A DNA stretch of 64,000 nucleotides from a bacterium HR10 (GCA_002923315.1 BEHM01000002.1:73838-137837), one strand, 5' to 3'; shown: positions 37,205-49,322, counted from the first letter of the stretch. Program-made: numbers and translations. The notes: generated from the sequence alone by a model not told the origin.

Positions 37205-38730
37205 GAAGGGCCTTCGGTATTGGGCTTTTGATCAGCGTCTCCTTGCTGGTGTCGGGCGCGACGATAGCGATCGTCCGATGGGGGAAGCCGCTGCGGCCAC
37301 ACCTTCATGAGCTTGGGGCGCAGGATCGCGATGCGGATGGGAGGGTGGATCAGTGGGAGTATCGCGCGGAGGGGGGCGGGGACGAGCGCTTGGTTCTGCA
37401 AGATGCAGACGGCGATGGACGGGCCGATCGGTTCCTCTTTTTCCGGGCGGGGAAGTTGGAGCATGTGGTCGCTCGGTCCGTTTCGACGGGAGAGCCGACG
37501 CGGCATCTGGTGTTGTGCCTCGATGGTGTCCCCTTCGAGATCATGGCCGCCTTGTGGCGGGAGGGCCATTTCCGCGAATTCTTCCCCCCGCAGCGCGTGA
37601 TCAGCACCTTCCCGGCCGATTCGGATGTGGCGCTCTCGGCGCTGCTCCATGCGCCGCCCTCGCCCGGATATGAGAATCGGTACTTCGATCGGCGGAGGAA
37701 TCGCCTGAGCGGCGGTGTGCGCGTCACCCTCGCGCAAGAGCTGCCGTATCACCGTCGGCTCGATTACGCGTTCCCCGGCCTGTTGCGCGGGCCGGCGTAT
37801 CTCTTCCCGGAGAAAGCGTTCTTCGACGATCTGGCGCGCATGCGCGCGCGATTTCGCGCCTCTCGAACACGCGTCTTCATCGCGCATCTCTCGACGACCG
37901 ATGTCCTGTTCCACGTGCGCTCGCCCGAGCAGGTGAAGCGTCAGCTGCTCATGGTCGAGCAGGTTCTGCGTGAGCTGCTCTATGAGGAGCGCGGCGCGTT
38001 GACGATCACGCTCTTCTCGGATCATGGGAACACGCTCTTCATCCGCGGGCGCATCGCGCTGGAGGAGGCGTTGCGCGCGGCGGGGTATCGGGTGGAGGCG
38101 CGCGTGCGCGATGCGCGGAGCGTCGTGATCCCCGGTTACGGATTGATCGGCGCCGTCGCGCTCTACGCGCATCCGGAGGCATGGGAGCAGATCTGCCGCA
38201 TCGCGCGCGATGTCCCGGGCGTAGAGCTGTGCATCTTCCGCGCGCGCCAACCGGAGGCATCGCGAGCGACTCCGGTGATCGTCGTCGAAAGCCGGGAGGG
38301 GCGCGCGCGCCTGCTGTTCGATCCGGCGCGCCAGGCGTTCCGATACGATGCCGTGCGCGGCGATCCTCTGCAGCTCCGTCCCCTCTGGGACGCCATCCAG
38401 CGGGAAGGGAAGGGGTATCCCGATGGCTTCATCCCACAGGAGGCCTTATTTGAGGCGACGGCCGAGCATATCTATCCGGACGTCGTGCGCCGCATTTATG
38501 AGGCAATGGCCGGTCGTCAGGTGGAGAATCCCGCCGATCTCCTGCTCAGTTTGCAGGATGGGTATTACTTCGGGAGTCGACGCTTCGATTGGTTCGTCCA
38601 ATTGCGCAGCACGCACGGGAGTCTCACGGCGCGCTCCTCGACGGGATTCCTCATGTCCACGGACGTGCGCTTCGCGCGTCCGCTGGCGGCGCGAGAGGTC
38701 CTTTCGGAGATCGGGCTCGATCGCCCCTGA
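37201..38730 (+). CDS. membrane-anchored alkaline-phosphatase-superfamily protein (hypothetical)
   Basis: ATGA overlap with the dehydrogenase stop. MRRAFGIGLLISVSLLVSGATIAIV is a TM anchor. DRDADGRVDQWEY / DADGDGRADRFLF are Ca-loop-like motifs. LCLDGVPFE, STFPADSDVALSALL and FSDHGNT resemble the metal-ligand motifs of AlkP/nucleotide pyrophosphatase-type enzymes. The track ORF from 36961 is over-extended in a different frame from the dehydrogenase. Confidence 0.6.
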   Translation: MRRAFGIGLLISVSLLVSGATIAIVRWGKPLRPHLHELGAQDRDADGRVDQWEYRAEGGGDERLVLQDADGDGRADRFLFFRAGKLEHVVARSVSTGEPTRHLVLCLDGVPFEIMAALWREGHFREFFPPQRVISTFPADSDVALSALLHAPPSPGYENRYFDRRRNRLSGGVRVTLAQELPYHRRLDYAFPGLLRGPAYLFPEKAFFDDLARMRARFRASRTRVFIAHLSTTDVLFHVRSPEQVKRQLLMVEQVLRELLYEERGALTITLFSDHGNTLFIRGRIALEEALRAAGYRVEARVRDARSVVIPGYGLIGAVALYAHPEAWEQICRIARDVPGVELCIFRARQPEASRATPVIVVESREGRARLLFDPARQAFRYDAVRGDPLQLRPLWDAIQREGKGYPDGFIPQEALFEATAEHIYPDVVRRIYEAMAGRQVENPADLLLSLQDGYYFGSRRFDWFVQLRSTHGSLTARSSTGFLMSTDVRFARPLAAREVLSEIGLDRP

Positions 38731-38781
38731 TCGCTGCGCGGAGCGCCGGATCGCGCCGCACCATGGTATAATGAGCCTCGG

Positions 38782-39393
38782 ATGCGACCGAGATTTGAGG
38801 CCGGACATTTGCGGATGATCGAACGCGCGCGCCGTCAGGCCGAGCACCTGGTGTGGGGGTTTTATGCGCTCTCTGAGCGCGAGGGCGAGCGCATCCACTA
38901 CGAAGTGAAGACGCTGCGCGATCTGCTCCCTGAGGAGGTGACCGACGAGGCGCTCGCGCATCTGGTCTGTTATGATTTCGTGCGGCGCGTGGGGTCCCAC
39001 ATCCTCCAGCACTACGAGCTGTATCGCATTTGTCTGCAAGACCATCGACTGCTGGAAGCCGCGCGCGCGTTGCCGCGCCCGCTCGGTCTTCGCGCCCTGC
39101 TTCTGTACGTCCTCACGCATGAGCTCGTGCATGTCGTTCGGTTCGCCCAGAAGCTGCAGCGGATAGATCTCCCGCCGAATGAGCGGGCGGCCGAGGAAGC
39201 GGCGGTTGAGCGAACGACGTGGAAGATCCTCGCGCGCGTGCGCGCGCACCCCATGGAGCAGTTGCGCGATTTCCTCTCATCAAGGGTGGGATCGGACGCC
39301 TGTCTCGCTTATCCGAACGCGCTCCCACTCGGCGATCGGACGATCTCGGAGGCGCGCCCCTCCTTCTTTCCTCACGCGCGCGATCTCATGTAG
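38782..39393 (+). CDS. hypothetical protein with HExxH motif
   Basis: 203 aa. LLLYVLTHELVHVVRF carries a HELVH motif. No family recognised. Confidence 0.5.
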   Translation: MRPRFEAGHLRMIERARRQAEHLVWGFYALSEREGERIHYEVKTLRDLLPEEVTDEALAHLVCYDFVRRVGSHILQHYELYRICLQDHRLLEAARALPRPLGLRALLLYVLTHELVHVVRFAQKLQRIDLPPNERAAEEAAVERTTWKILARVRAHPMEQLRDFLSSRVGSDACLAYPNALPLGDRTISEARPSFFPHARDLM

Positions 39394-39529
39394 AAGACCT
39401 TACAATCCGCGCGGCGCATCTTGTGAGCGCCGGTGGAATCTCCCTCGGTGCCGCTCCCCTGCCGAGCAGCTTCTCGAAGACGGCACGCGGAGACTTGACG
39501 CTGTGAGACCTTCCGACGCGCGCTCGGAC

Positions 39530-40666
39530 TTAATCGGCCCGCCTCCTGATGAAGGTCGGGACATCCAGGTCCTGGTGGGCGCGCGGCGGGACCCCCGCGT
39601 CCGGAGGTGGAGGCGTCGGTCCAGACGCTCGAGCCGGAGCGCCCTTGGTCTCAGTCGCCGGCACGCGTTCGGACTCGTGATCGAATCCGGTGGCGATGAC
39701 GGTGATCCGCATCTCATTCCGGATGCTCTCATCAATCACAGCGCCGAAGAGGATGTTCGCGTCCTCGTGAGCGATCTCGCGGATCAGGGTGATGGATTGA
39801 TTGATCTCGTGCAGCGTGATGTCCGGCCCTCCGGTCACATTGATGAGCACGCCACGGGCGCCTTGGATCGAAGTCTCCTCCAGGAGCGGGCTGGAGATGG
39901 CGCGTTTCGCCGCGTCCAGCGCCTTATTCTCCCCGGTCCCGTGTCCGATGCCCATCAGGGCCTTGCCCATGCCACTCATGACCGTGCGGACGTCGGCGAA
40001 ATCGAGATTGATGAGCCCGGGGACGGTGATCAGGTCGGAGATGCCCTGTACGGCCTGCCGCAAGACATCGTCGGCGAGCCGGAAGGCTTCGGTGAAGGGC
40101 ATAGTGCGATCCGCGATGCTCAGGAGCCGCTCATTGGGGATGGTGATGAGCGTGTCCACGCATTCGCGCAGCTCGCGCAATCCCTGCTCGGCCACCTGCA
40201 TTCGTCGGCGCCCTTCGAAGTGAAAGGGCTTGGTGACGACGGCCACCGTGAGGGCGCCCACCTCGACGGCCAAGCTGGCGATAATCGGCGCGGCGCCCGT
40301 TCCCGTCCCCCCACCCAACCCGGCGGTGATGAAGACCATGTCGGCGCCCTCGACCAGCTCCAGGATCTTCTCCGTATCCTCCAGAGCGGCCTGTCGCCCC
40401 ACTTCGGGATTCGCGCCGGCACCCAACCCTTTGGTCAATTTGGCGCCGAGCTGAATCTTGATGGGAGCCTTCGACGTCTTCAGAGCCTGCAGATCGGTAT
40501 TGGCCGCGATGAACTGCACGCCCTCGACGCCCGCTTCGATCATATGGTTGATCGCGTTTCCGCCACCTCCACCAACGCCGATGACTTTGATCACGGCGCC
40601 GTTGGTGGCCTCCTCGGCGAAGTCGATCCTCAAGCTGCTCACGAGCTCTTTGGTCTCCGCGTGCAT
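39530..40666 (-). CDS. ftsZ: cell division GTPase FtsZ
   Basis: [33 protein letters not shown] (tubulin signature), NLDFADV; the conserved C-terminal peptide [12 protein letters not shown]. Confidence 0.97.
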   Translation of the reverse strand: MHAETKELVSSLRIDFAEEATNGAVIKVIGVGGGGGNAINHMIEAGVEGVQFIAANTDLQALKTSKAPIKIQLGAKLTKGLGAGANPEVGRQAALEDTEKILELVEGADMVFITAGLGGGTGTGAAPIIASLAVEVGALTVAVVTKPFHFEGRRRMQVAEQGLRELRECVDTLITIPNERLLSIADRTMPFTEAFRLADDVLRQAVQGISDLITVPGLINLDFADVRTVMSGMGKALMGIGHGTGENKALDAAKRAISSPLLEETSIQGARGVLINVTGGPDITLHEINQSITLIREIAHEDANILFGAVIDESIRNEMRITVIATGFDHESERVPATETKGAPARASGPTPPPPDAGVPPRAHQDLDVPTFIRRRAD

Positions 40667-40712
40667 TCTCTCACCTCCTTCGAGAATGTCCTTCCGCCCC
40701 TCCAGTTGAGGG

Positions 40713-41954
40713 TCAGAAGAGATTCGCCAGCCAGCTCCGGACGCGCGCGGCCGTGCGCGAGATCGCTCCGGGCGAGGTGGCCGAGCGATAATATCGCCCC
40801 ATGCGGCCGCGATGGGCGATCACCACCAGGCCGATCGCCGTCGTGTAGAGCGGGCTGTTGGTTTCCTCCGAGAGCCCGGTCACGCCCAGGGGATACCCCA
40901 GGCGCGTGGGATGATCGAAGATCTGCTCGGCCAGATCGGTCAGGCCCTGCAGCAAGGCCCCACCGCCGGTCAGAATGATGCCGCTCGACAGCTCGCGCTC
41001 GAACCCCGCGCGTTTGATCTCCTCGGCGATGTGGCCGAGGAGTTCTTCGGCGCGCGGCTGCAGGATCTCGCACAGGAGCTGTCGCGAGAGCGCGCGCGGC
41101 GGGCGCCGACCGACACTCGGGACCTCGATCGTCTCATCCCCATCGGCGGCGAGCGCCGGCAGGACGCATCCGTAGGTTCGCTTGATGCGCTCAGCCTCGG
41201 GGATCGGCGTGCGCAGGCCGAAGGCGATGTCGTTGGTGAAGTGAGACCCTCCGAAGGGGAAGATCGCCGTGTGTTGTACCGCGCCGCGCTGATAAATGGC
41301 GAGGCTCGTCGTCTCGCCGCCGATGTTGATGACCGCCGAGCCGTACTCCCGCTCATCATCGGTGAGCGTGGCCTCGGCGGCGGCCACCGGTTCCAGCACG
41401 ATATCGGCCACGAGCAGGCCAGCGCGATTCACCGCGCTGATGATGTTCTGCCGCACCGTGATGGGGCCGGTGATGATGTGCACGGCCACCTCCAGGCGCG
41501 TGCCGAGCATGTCGAGAGGATCGCTGATGCCGTCCTGCCCGTCAATGATGTACTCCTGCGGCTGGACGTCAATGATCTCGTGTCCGCCCGGGAGGGTGAC
41601 GACGCAGGCCGTCTCGATCACGCGCTTGATGTCGGCGCGCGTGATCCGCCGATCTGCGCTCGTGATGGCGATGATCCCGCGATTATTGAGCCCGCGCAAC
41701 AGCGTCCCCGACATGCTCACGTGCACCGATTCAGCGATGAGCCCCGACATGCGCTCGGCTTCTTCCACGGCGCGCCGAATCGGCTCAGCCGCCGCATCCG
41801 GGTTCACGATGACGCCCTTGCGCAGGCCTCGGGATTCCGCCGTTCCCACCCCCATGATCTCCAGCCGACCGTCATCGTTGACTTCGGCGATGACGGCCGT
41901 CGTCCGCGTGGTGCCGATGTCGAGTCCAACAACGTGCGTCTCCTGTCTGGCCAT
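40713..41954 (-). CDS. ftsA: cell division protein FtsA
   Basis: [18 protein letters not shown] actin-like phosphate-1 motif; [14 protein letters not shown]; [12 protein letters not shown]. Positioned between ftsQ and ftsZ. Confidence 0.95.
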   Translation of the reverse strand: MARQETHVVGLDIGTTRTTAVIAEVNDDGRLEIMGVGTAESRGLRKGVIVNPDAAAEPIRRAVEEAERMSGLIAESVHVSMSGTLLRGLNNRGIIAITSADRRITRADIKRVIETACVVTLPGGHEIIDVQPQEYIIDGQDGISDPLDMLGTRLEVAVHIITGPITVRQNIISAVNRAGLLVADIVLEPVAAAEATLTDDEREYGSAVINIGGETTSLAIYQRGAVQHTAIFPFGGSHFTNDIAFGLRTPIPEAERIKRTYGCVLPALAADGDETIEVPSVGRRPPRALSRQLLCEILQPRAEELLGHIAEEIKRAGFERELSSGIILTGGGALLQGLTDLAEQIFDHPTRLGYPLGVTGLSEETNSPLYTTAIGLVVIAHRGRMGRYYRSATSPGAISRTAARVRSWLANLF

Positions 41955-41957
41955 AGG

Positions 41958-42989
41958 TCACCTCGCTCGTGTCGGTTGAGATGTCGCTCGCCCTCGCGTT
42001 CGCCTCTCGAGGACTCTCGCCTCGCGCGGTCGTGTGGGCGCCGCAGCGCGTCGCGGCTCGGGGAGTCGAACCACGACGCGCGCGGGTTGCGAGACGTCAA
42101 TGTAGCTGATCGTCACATCTTCTTGCAGGAGTTCCGCCGTCGGCGCGACGCCCAAGCGCTGCAGTTCTGCCGCGTCTTGCTTCTTCACCGCGCTCAGAAT
42201 CTGCAGGCTCAGCTCGAAGCGCCGCCGGAAATCCCGATCGCCCAGATGAATCCACGTCATGGGGCTCTCAGTGAGGTTCACCGTGACGTTCTTCAGGTCG
42301 CGGATGTTCACCTGATCCACACGATCCCAATAGCTCAGCGGGGGCGCGCTCAGCTCCTTCTGAAGCTGGAGGTAGAGCGCCACGCGCTGCTGATTCTCGG
42401 CCACCGCCAGATCCGACCCCTCCTCGTTCCAGCCGACCAGCAACGGGAGCGTACGCGACCCGAGCAGATGGAAATCGCCGATGATGACGCCCTCCTCGTC
42501 CACGCACACGAGCGCCCCTTTCTGTTGCACGAGGGCGACGGGCGCGCGCTCGCGCACGTGCACGCGCAGCTCATCGGGCAAGACGCGCGTGATCTCCACG
42601 TCCTTGATGAGGGGATGTCGCCGCAACTCGGCGCGGAGCGCGCGCAGGTCGGCGCGCAGCACCCCCTCCGGGGTCGCGCCGCGGATGATCGCTTCGATCT
42701 CTCGGGTCGTGACGCGCTCCGCGCCCGTGATCCGAACGGTCTTCACATGGAACGCTGAGGCGTTCATGAACGCATAAGCGGCGAAGCCACAGGCGCCCAG
42801 TCCAGCGAACAGCAGGAGCGCGCGAGGGACGACCCGCAGGCGTTCGCGCAGCCGCAGGTTCGCCGCGCGCGTTGTCCGCTCGAGCTCGCGCCCGAGATCG
42901 CCGGCGAAGCGCGTCCGGCGCGCCCCGCGTCCCCGCGTCCGGCGCGCCCGTGGCATGACGACTTGGTTCACGCGCGTGAGCATGCTCAT
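41958..42989 (-). CDS. ftsQ: cell division protein FtsQ (POTRA)
   Basis: Basic N-terminus, one TM helix ([17 protein letters not shown]), a POTRA-like [23 protein letters not shown], and its position in the dcw cluster. Confidence 0.85.
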   Translation of the reverse strand: MSMLTRVNQVVMPRARRTRGRGARRTRFAGDLGRELERTTRAANLRLRERLRVVPRALLLFAGLGACGFAAYAFMNASAFHVKTVRITGAERVTTREIEAIIRGATPEGVLRADLRALRAELRRHPLIKDVEITRVLPDELRVHVRERAPVALVQQKGALVCVDEEGVIIGDFHLLGSRTLPLLVGWNEEGSDLAVAENQQRVALYLQLQKELSAPPLSYWDRVDQVNIRDLKNVTVNLTESPMTWIHLGDRDFRRRFELSLQILSAVKKQDAAELQRLGVAPTAELLQEDVTISYIDVSQPARVVVRLPEPRRAAAPTRPREARVLERRTRGRATSQPTRAR

Positions 42990-44383
42990 CTCTCCTGAGC
43001 CGTGGTCTCTGACGGTCGCTGAAGAGCGATCACCAGCCGATCGGCCGCCTGCGTGACGCTGCCCGCCCCGAGCGTCAGCAGCAGGTCTCCCGGACGGAGA
43101 ATGGCGCGCGTGGCGGCGATGGCCGCCTCCAGATCGCCCACGTACTGCGCTTGCCGGTGCCCGAACTCCCGAAGCCGCTCGACGAGCCGTTCGGCTGTGA
43201 CCCCTTCGATCGGATCCTCCCCCGCCGCGTAGATGTCGGTGACGAGCACGACGTCTGCGTCATAGAACGCGCGCGCGAAATCATCCAGCAGCCGCTGCGT
43301 CCGCGTGTACCGATGTGGTTGGAAGAGGACGACCACGCGCCGCCCCGAGAGCCGCGCCGTCGCCAACGTCGCTTTGATCTCCGTCGGATGATGGCCGTAA
43401 TCGTCCACCAGGAGCACTCCGCCCACCTCGCCCTTCACCTGGAAGCGGCGATCCACGCCTCGAAAATCGGCGAGCGCAGCGGCGATCGTCTCAAAGGGGA
43501 TCTCCAGATCGAGCCCCACGGCGCAGGCGGCCAGCGCGTTCTCCACGTTGTGCATCCCGGAGAGGTTCATGCGCGCGCGCCCCAGCACCTCGCCGCGCCA
43601 TCGCACCGCGAACGCCATGTGGAAGCAATCGGGCATCTCGATCTCCGTGGCTGAGACCTCGGATTGCGAGGAGAGGCCGTAGGTGATCACCTTCCTCGCG
43701 ATGCGCGGCAAAATCGCCTGCACATTCTCGTCGTCCAGGCAGACGATGACCGAACCGTAGAAGGGCACGCGATTCGCGAATTCGGCGAAGGCCTCGCGCA
43801 ACTCCAGGAGATCGGCGTAATGATCCAGATGCTCGCGATCAATATTGGTGATGACGGCGAACGTGGGCGAGAGCTTCAGGAACGAGCGATCGCTCTCATC
43901 CGCCTCGACGACCATGAAGTCGCCGCGGCCGAGCTTGGCGTGGCTGTCAATAGCGCGCAACCGTCCGCCGACGACGATCGTCGGGTCTAAACCGGCGTGC
44001 GCGAGCACGGTGGCGATCATCGAGGTCGTCGTCGTCTTCCCGTGTGATCCGGCCACGGCGATGCTGTACTTCAAGCGCATCAGTTCGGCGAGCATCTCCG
44101 CGCGGGGGATGACGGGGATCTGCCGCGCGCGCGCCGCCACGAGTTCGGGATTCTCCGGGCGAACGGCCGTGGAGTAGACGACGACGTCCGCCTCGCCGAT
44201 ATTCTCCGCGCGATGGCCGATGGCGATGCGCGCCCCCAGTCGTTGCAGGCGTTCCACAATGGGCGACATGCGCAGATCCGATCCCGAGACGCGATAGCCG
44301 AGATTGAGCAGCAACTCGGCGATGCCGCTCATGCCCGCGCCTCCAATGCCCACCAGATGGATCGTGCGAATACGTCTCAGCAT
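42986..44383 (-). CDS. murC: UDP-N-acetylmuramate--L-alanine ligase
   Basis: [42 protein letters not shown]. Start at MLRRIRT (44383); the track start at 44440 would overlap murG heavily. Confidence 0.95.
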   Translation of the reverse strand: MLRRIRTIHLVGIGGAGMSGIAELLLNLGYRVSGSDLRMSPIVERLQRLGARIAIGHRAENIGEADVVVYSTAVRPENPELVAARARQIPVIPRAEMLAELMRLKYSIAVAGSHGKTTTTSMIATVLAHAGLDPTIVVGGRLRAIDSHAKLGRGDFMVVEADESDRSFLKLSPTFAVITNIDREHLDHYADLLELREAFAEFANRVPFYGSVIVCLDDENVQAILPRIARKVITYGLSSQSEVSATEIEMPDCFHMAFAVRWRGEVLGRARMNLSGMHNVENALAACAVGLDLEIPFETIAAALADFRGVDRRFQVKGEVGGVLLVDDYGHHPTEIKATLATARLSGRRVVVLFQPHRYTRTQRLLDDFARAFYDADVVLVTDIYAAGEDPIEGVTAERLVERLREFGHRQAQYVGDLEAAIAATRAILRPGDLLLTLGAGSVTQAADRLVIALQRPSETTAQER

Positions 44384-45549
44384 CGCTGCTCCTTCGCACA
44401 GCGCATCGGCTGGCGCTCGCCTCGGATCGTCTTCTCGCAAGACGCCACCTCAAGGGCGAGCGCCACGAGGGCCTCCGCCGCTTCCGGCCGCGCGCGCTGG
44501 CGCATGCGGTCGGCCATCGCCTCCAACTGCGCCGTGTCTTCCAGAAGCTCGCGCATCATCTCGGCCAGGCGCTCGGGTGTCGCCTCGGCTTGCAGTACAC
44601 AGCGCGCCGCGCCGGCCCGCTCCACGGCCTCTGCATTCTTGCGCTGATGGTCATCGGCCGCCGTCGGCAGCGGGATCAAGATCGCCGGTTTTCCAGCGGC
44701 CGCCAACTCGGCCAGCGTTGTCGCCCCAGCGCGGCAGATGACCAGATCGGCGCGCGCCATCTCTTCAGCCATGTGCTCGATGAAGGGCAGAACCGTGACG
44801 CGCTCCTGAAGGCCCGCCCGCTCGTACGCCGCCCGCACCCACGCGAAGTCGCGCTCCCCCGTCTGATGCGTCGCCGTGATCTGGAGCGGCGATCCGCGCT
44901 CCCGTACGAGCGCCAGGAGTCGCGGCAGCGCATCCACCAGCCGCTCGTTGAGCGCGCGCGATCCTTGGCTGCCGCCGAAGATGAGCAGATGGCGCGTCGG
45001 ACGCTGTCGGCGACGCTCGCGCGCCAGATCAGGCGTGGTGAAGAATTCCGGTCGGACCGGATTCCCCGTCACGCGCGCCTTCGCCCCGAAGACGCGCGCG
45101 GCCTCGGGGAAGGCTACAGCCACGGCACGCACCCACGGCGCGAGCACGCGGTTGGTGAAGCCCGGGGCGGCGTTCGGTTCGAGGATGAGCGTCGGGATCC
45201 CCATGAGCGCCGCCATGAGCACAACGGGGCCGGAGGTGTATCCCCCGATGCCGATGACCACATCGGGACGACGCCGGCGCAGGATGCGCCAGGACTGCCA
45301 CAGACTCTTCGGGACGAGCCAGAACAGGGTCAGGAGCGCTTGTCGCCACCCCACGCGCTTCAAGCCCGCGATCTCGATCTGCTCCAGCGCGAATCCCGCG
45401 CGCGGCACCACCGTCACTTCCACGCCGCGAGCCGTCCCCACGAACGTCACCTCCGTCGCCGGATCGCGTCGCCGGAAGGCCTCGGCGAGGGCGAGTCCGG
45501 GGAAGAGATGTCCGCCCGTCCCGCTCGCGGCGATGAGCACCCTACACAT
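44377..45549 (-). CDS. murG: undecaprenyldiphospho-muramoylpentapeptide beta-N-acetylglucosaminyltransferase
   Basis: [53 protein letters not shown]. Confidence 0.95.
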   Translation of the reverse strand: MCRVLIAASGTGGHLFPGLALAEAFRRRDPATEVTFVGTARGVEVTVVPRAGFALEQIEIAGLKRVGWRQALLTLFWLVPKSLWQSWRILRRRRPDVVIGIGGYTSGPVVLMAALMGIPTLILEPNAAPGFTNRVLAPWVRAVAVAFPEAARVFGAKARVTGNPVRPEFFTTPDLARERRRQRPTRHLLIFGGSQGSRALNERLVDALPRLLALVRERGSPLQITATHQTGERDFAWVRAAYERAGLQERVTVLPFIEHMAEEMARADLVICRAGATTLAELAAAGKPAILIPLPTAADDHQRKNAEAVERAGAARCVLQAEATPERLAEMMRELLEDTAQLEAMADRMRQRARPEAAEALVALALEVASCEKTIRGERQPMRCAKEQRC

Positions 45550-46738
45550 CGTCCGGCCTCGCCTGTTGCGCGATGTTGAGCATCACGCCGATCTCCACCA
45601 TCGTGATCAGGAGCGATGACCCACCATAGCTGATCAGCGGCAGCGGCGTCCCCTTCACCGGGAAGAGGCCCGTGGCGACGCTCATGTGAACCAGGGCCTG
45701 GATGAGGATCGCCGCGACGATCCCGCTGCCGAGCAACATCCCGAATGTATCGGGCGCTCGCCCGGCGATGCGCATCCCGCGCCAGAGGAGAAAGCCGAAA
45801 GCCAACAGCACCGCGCTCGTGCCAATCCATCCCAGCTCCTCGCCGATATGCGCGAAGATGAAATCCGTGTGCAGCTCCGGCAGGAAGAAGAGCTTCTGTT
45901 TCCCTTGCGCGAAGCCGACCCCGGTGATCCCCCCGCTGCCGAGCGCGATGAGCGATTGGATGGTCTGAAAGCCGCTCCCTCTCGGGTCCTGCCACGGGTC
46001 GAAGTAGGTGAGGATGCGTTCCCATCGCCAGTCCACTCGAACGATGAGCCACGCGAGTAGGGGAATCGCTCCCACGCCGAGCATCGCTTGATGTCGGAGG
46101 GGCACCCTCACGATGAAGAACATCACCAGCAGGATGAGCCCGAGTGAGAGGGCCATGCCCAGATCCGGCTCCAGCGCCACCAGCCCCATCATCGCGCCCG
46201 CCACCAGCGCGCACGGCAGGAACGTCAGCTCGGCGCGCTTGATCCCCGCCGGAATCCGCCGATCCAGGTGCGCCGCGAGAAAGACGATCAACACAAAGCG
46301 CGCCAGCTCCGACGGCTGAAACGAGAGGAATCCCCATCGAATCCATCGGTGCGCGCCGTTGACAGGGGGGAAGAAGAAGACGGCCACAAGCAGCAGCAGC
46401 GTCCCGATCACCAGCAGCGCCAGCAGTCGCGGGTGTTGGTAGAGGTGATAATCCACGCGCATGGCGACAAGTAGCGCCAGGAAGGCGATCATCGCCCACG
46501 CGGTCTGCCGCGCGAGGAAGTAATACTGCGTCCCATAGCGTTCGGCCGCCAGCACCGCCGATGCGCTGTAGACCATCACGATGCCGAAGAGGGTGAGCGC
46601 GACGACCAGCGTGAAGAGCGTTCTGTCCCCAATCCCCGTGCGCTCGCGATCCCCCGCGCGTTCGGCATCCCCCCACGCGATCGGGAGATCGCGGATGGCC
46701 AGTCGCATCCCTGGACGGTTTCGCCGCGCCTTCACCAT
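45542..46738 (-). CDS. ftsW: SEDS peptidoglycan glycosyltransferase FtsW
   Basis: Polytopic membrane protein; FQPSELARFVLIVFLAAHL, LEPDLGMAL, LPELHTDFIFAHIGEELG, PLPLISYGGSSL. Start at MVKARRN (46738, overlapping the murD stop). The track ORF from 46930 is over-extended. Confidence 0.9.
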   Translation of the reverse strand: MVKARRNRPGMRLAIRDLPIAWGDAERAGDRERTGIGDRTLFTLVVALTLFGIVMVYSASAVLAAERYGTQYYFLARQTAWAMIAFLALLVAMRVDYHLYQHPRLLALLVIGTLLLLVAVFFFPPVNGAHRWIRWGFLSFQPSELARFVLIVFLAAHLDRRIPAGIKRAELTFLPCALVAGAMMGLVALEPDLGMALSLGLILLVMFFIVRVPLRHQAMLGVGAIPLLAWLIVRVDWRWERILTYFDPWQDPRGSGFQTIQSLIALGSGGITGVGFAQGKQKLFFLPELHTDFIFAHIGEELGWIGTSAVLLAFGFLLWRGMRIAGRAPDTFGMLLGSGIVAAILIQALVHMSVATGLFPVKGTPLPLISYGGSSLLITMVEIGVMLNIAQQARPDDV

Positions 46739-48195
46739 CGGTCCCCTCCTTCGCGCGGAGCCGCTGACGATTCTTCGGCGAGCCGCCGCACGGCGTCCTT
46801 GAAGACCCGCCCTCGGTGCTCGAAGTTCTCGAACATGTCGAAGCTCGCGCACGCGGGAGAGAGCACCACCGCCATTCCCGGCCGCGCCAGCTGTCGAGCC
46901 GCGCGCACCGCCTCCTCCAGCGTCGCACAACGCGTCATCGGCACCACATCCTCAAGCGCTGCGCGAATCTTCTCCGCCGCTTCGCCGAGCACCAGCACGT
47001 GCGCGACGCGCTCGGCCACCGCAGGGCGCAACCGCGTGAAGTCATCGCCCTTGTCGCGCCCGCCCAGGATGAGGACCAGAGGTCCATCGAGAGCCTCAAG
47101 CGCCACAAGCGTCGAAGCGACGTTCGTCGCTTTCGAATCGTTGTAGTAGTCCACGCCCTCAATCCGCGCGACCCACTCCAGCCGATGCTCGACGCCGGGG
47201 AACGCGCGCACGGCCTCGCGCACCGGGAGCACGCGCGCGAGCGCGACGGGGCGCGCCTCCGGTTCATCGCGCGGATCCATGAGGCTCGCTCCCGCGAGCA
47301 TCGCCCCGATCGCCGCCAGCGCATTCTCCACGTTGTGCAGGCCCCGCAGCGGAATGTCCGACCGATGCGCGAGGATGTGCTCGTGCTCCCCCCATCGAAG
47401 GACGATCTCCTCTCCCCGGAGGAGGACGCCGCATTCAATCCGCGCGTCCGCCTGGCGGCTGAACAAGAGCACGCGGGCGCGCGTCGCCTCCGCCATGGCG
47501 CGCACAATAGGATCGTCGGCGTTCAGCACGGCCCAATCCTCCTCGGTCTGGTTCCGGAAGATGCGGCGCTTGGCCGCGATGTACGCTTCCAGACTCCCGT
47601 GGCGATCCAAGTGATCCGGGGCGATGTTCGTCACCACGGCGACGCGCGGGCGCAGCGTTTGAATCGTCTCCAGTTGAAAACTGCTCAGCTCGGCCACGAC
47701 CACACACCGCGCGTCATGCACCTCCTCGATGACGCGCACGAGCGCGCGCCCGATGTTGCCGCCCACATGCGCGCAGTAGCCGCAACGCGCGAGCAGATCC
47801 CCGATCCACGCCGTCACCGTCGTCTTCCCATTGGTCCCGGTGACGCCGATGAGCAGACCCTTCAGGAAGCGGGCGGCCAATTCCACCTCCCCGAGAATGG
47901 GGACACCCGCCCGGCGGGCTTCCGCGAGCGCGTCGAGCGTCGGGGGCACGCCCGGACTCAAGACGATCAGATCGGCCGCGCGCAGCAGCTCCGGCGGATG
48001 TCCTCCCGAGACGATCTCGACGCCCAGCGCGCGCAAGGTCGCCAGATGTTCGCGCGCGCGCCCAAGCTCGGCCTCCGTCTTCGCATCGGTCGCGATGACG
48101 CGTGCGCCGCGACGCGCGAGGAACTCGCTCGCGGCCACGCCGCTCTCGCCCAGCCCTATGACCACGATGGTCTTCCCCCGAACGTCCACGCTCAT
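46732..48195 (-). CDS. murD: UDP-N-acetylmuramoylalanine--D-glutamate ligase
   Basis: [51 protein letters not shown]. The 864-aa track ORF (to 49326) runs on through the mraY region in another frame. True start ATG 48195 overlaps the mraY stop (ATGA). Confidence 0.93.
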   Translation of the reverse strand: MSVDVRGKTIVVIGLGESGVAASEFLARRGARVIATDAKTEAELGRAREHLATLRALGVEIVSGGHPPELLRAADLIVLSPGVPPTLDALAEARRAGVPILGEVELAARFLKGLLIGVTGTNGKTTVTAWIGDLLARCGYCAHVGGNIGRALVRVIEEVHDARCVVVAELSSFQLETIQTLRPRVAVVTNIAPDHLDRHGSLEAYIAAKRRIFRNQTEEDWAVLNADDPIVRAMAEATRARVLLFSRQADARIECGVLLRGEEIVLRWGEHEHILAHRSDIPLRGLHNVENALAAIGAMLAGASLMDPRDEPEARPVALARVLPVREAVRAFPGVEHRLEWVARIEGVDYYNDSKATNVASTLVALEALDGPLVLILGGRDKGDDFTRLRPAVAERVAHVLVLGEAAEKIRAALEDVVPMTRCATLEEAVRAARQLARPGMAVVLSPACASFDMFENFEHRGRVFKDAVRRLAEESSAAPREGGDRW

Positions 48196-49316
48196 CGCAA
48201 TTTCAACGTCGAGAGGCTGAGAAGCGCGAACAGAATCGCGATGATCAGGAACCGGAAGACGATCTTCGGTTCCTTCCATCCGAGCAGCTCGAAGTGATGA
48301 TGGAGCGGCGCCATCTTCAAGAGCCGACGTCCGCGTCCGGTCATCCGCCGCGTGAGCTTGAAATAGGCGACCTGCGCCATCACTGAGAGCGCCTCCAGGA
48401 CGAAAATGCCCCCGATGAGCACCAGCAGCAGCTCCTGCTTCACCATCACGGCCACCGTCCCGATCGAGCCCCCGAGCGAGAGGCTCCCCACATCCCCCAT
48501 GAAGACCTCGGCCGGCGGCGCGTTGAACCAGAGGAATCCCAGACAAGCCCCCGAGAGCGCTCCGCAGAAGACCGTCAGCTCGCCCACCTCCGGCATGTAC
48601 TCGATGTTCAAATAGCGAGCGAATTCGGCATGCCCGGTCACATACGTGAACCCCGTCAGCGCCGCCATCGTGATGAAGGCGATGCTGATGGCCAAGCCAT
48701 CCAGACCATCGGTCAGATTCACCGCATTGGAGGATCCGACGATCACCAGCGACATGAAGATCAGATAGAGCGCCACAGGCAGCTCGGGCCGAAAGCGTTT
48801 GAAGAAGGGGACGCTGAGGACCAGCGAGTAATCGAGGCCATAGACGAGGGTCAGCCCGATCATCACGCTGATGGCGCTTTGCGCCAGCAGCTTCTGCCGG
48901 CCTGTCAGTCCGAGTGAACGCCGCTGCACGATCTTCAGGTAATCGTCGAGGAAACCGATCAGCCCGAAGAGCACCAGCGCCGCCAGCGCCAACCACACAT
49001 AGCCATTGCGCAAGTTCCCCCAGAGGAATGTCCCGAGCAGGACCGACACGATGATGAGCACCCCACCCATGGTCGGCGTCCCGCGCTTGGCCTGATGCAA
49101 CGCCGGTCCCTCCTCGCGGATCGGTTGCCCGATCTGACGCTCGCCGAGCTTGCGAATGAACCATCCACCGAGCACGAGACTGATGAGGAGCGCCGTGATG
49201 GCCGCATAGGCCGTGCGAAACGTGATGTAGCGGAAGACGTTCAGCGGATCGAGCCACGGATGGAACCGATCGTGATAGTGCACGTACAAGACTTCGTAGA
49301 GCAGATAGCGCAACAT
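48192..49316 (-). CDS. mraY: phospho-N-acetylmuramoyl-pentapeptide transferase
   Basis: [46 protein letters not shown]. Confidence 0.97.
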   Translation of the reverse strand: MLRYLLYEVLYVHYHDRFHPWLDPLNVFRYITFRTAYAAITALLISLVLGGWFIRKLGERQIGQPIREEGPALHQAKRGTPTMGGVLIIVSVLLGTFLWGNLRNGYVWLALAALVLFGLIGFLDDYLKIVQRRSLGLTGRQKLLAQSAISVMIGLTLVYGLDYSLVLSVPFFKRFRPELPVALYLIFMSLVIVGSSNAVNLTDGLDGLAISIAFITMAALTGFTYVTGHAEFARYLNIEYMPEVGELTVFCGALSGACLGFLWFNAPPAEVFMGDVGSLSLGGSIGTVAVMVKQELLLVLIGGIFVLEALSVMAQVAYFKLTRRMTGRGRRLLKMAPLHHHFELLGWKEPKIVFRFLIIAILFALLSLSTLKLR

Positions 49317-49322
49317 GTCGCG

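Noticed and set aside
39179-42758. Very long ORFs antisense to ftsZ/ftsA/ftsQ (39179..40978 +, 599 aa; 40812..42758 +, 648 aa). Similar cases occur elsewhere: 3807..5324 -, 8046..9551 -, 16624..17598 +, 26181..27077 -, 26971..27930 -, 28333..29325 +, 31088..32443 -, 35708..37132 -, 37111..38250 -, 45447..46928 -, 46816..48297 +, 52858..54447 +, 61969..63189 +.
   Set aside because: Each lies opposite to, or out of frame with, a gene that carries unmistakable conserved motifs. Their translations are Arg/Pro/His/Gly-rich low-complexity strings. High GC suppresses stop codons in non-coding frames.
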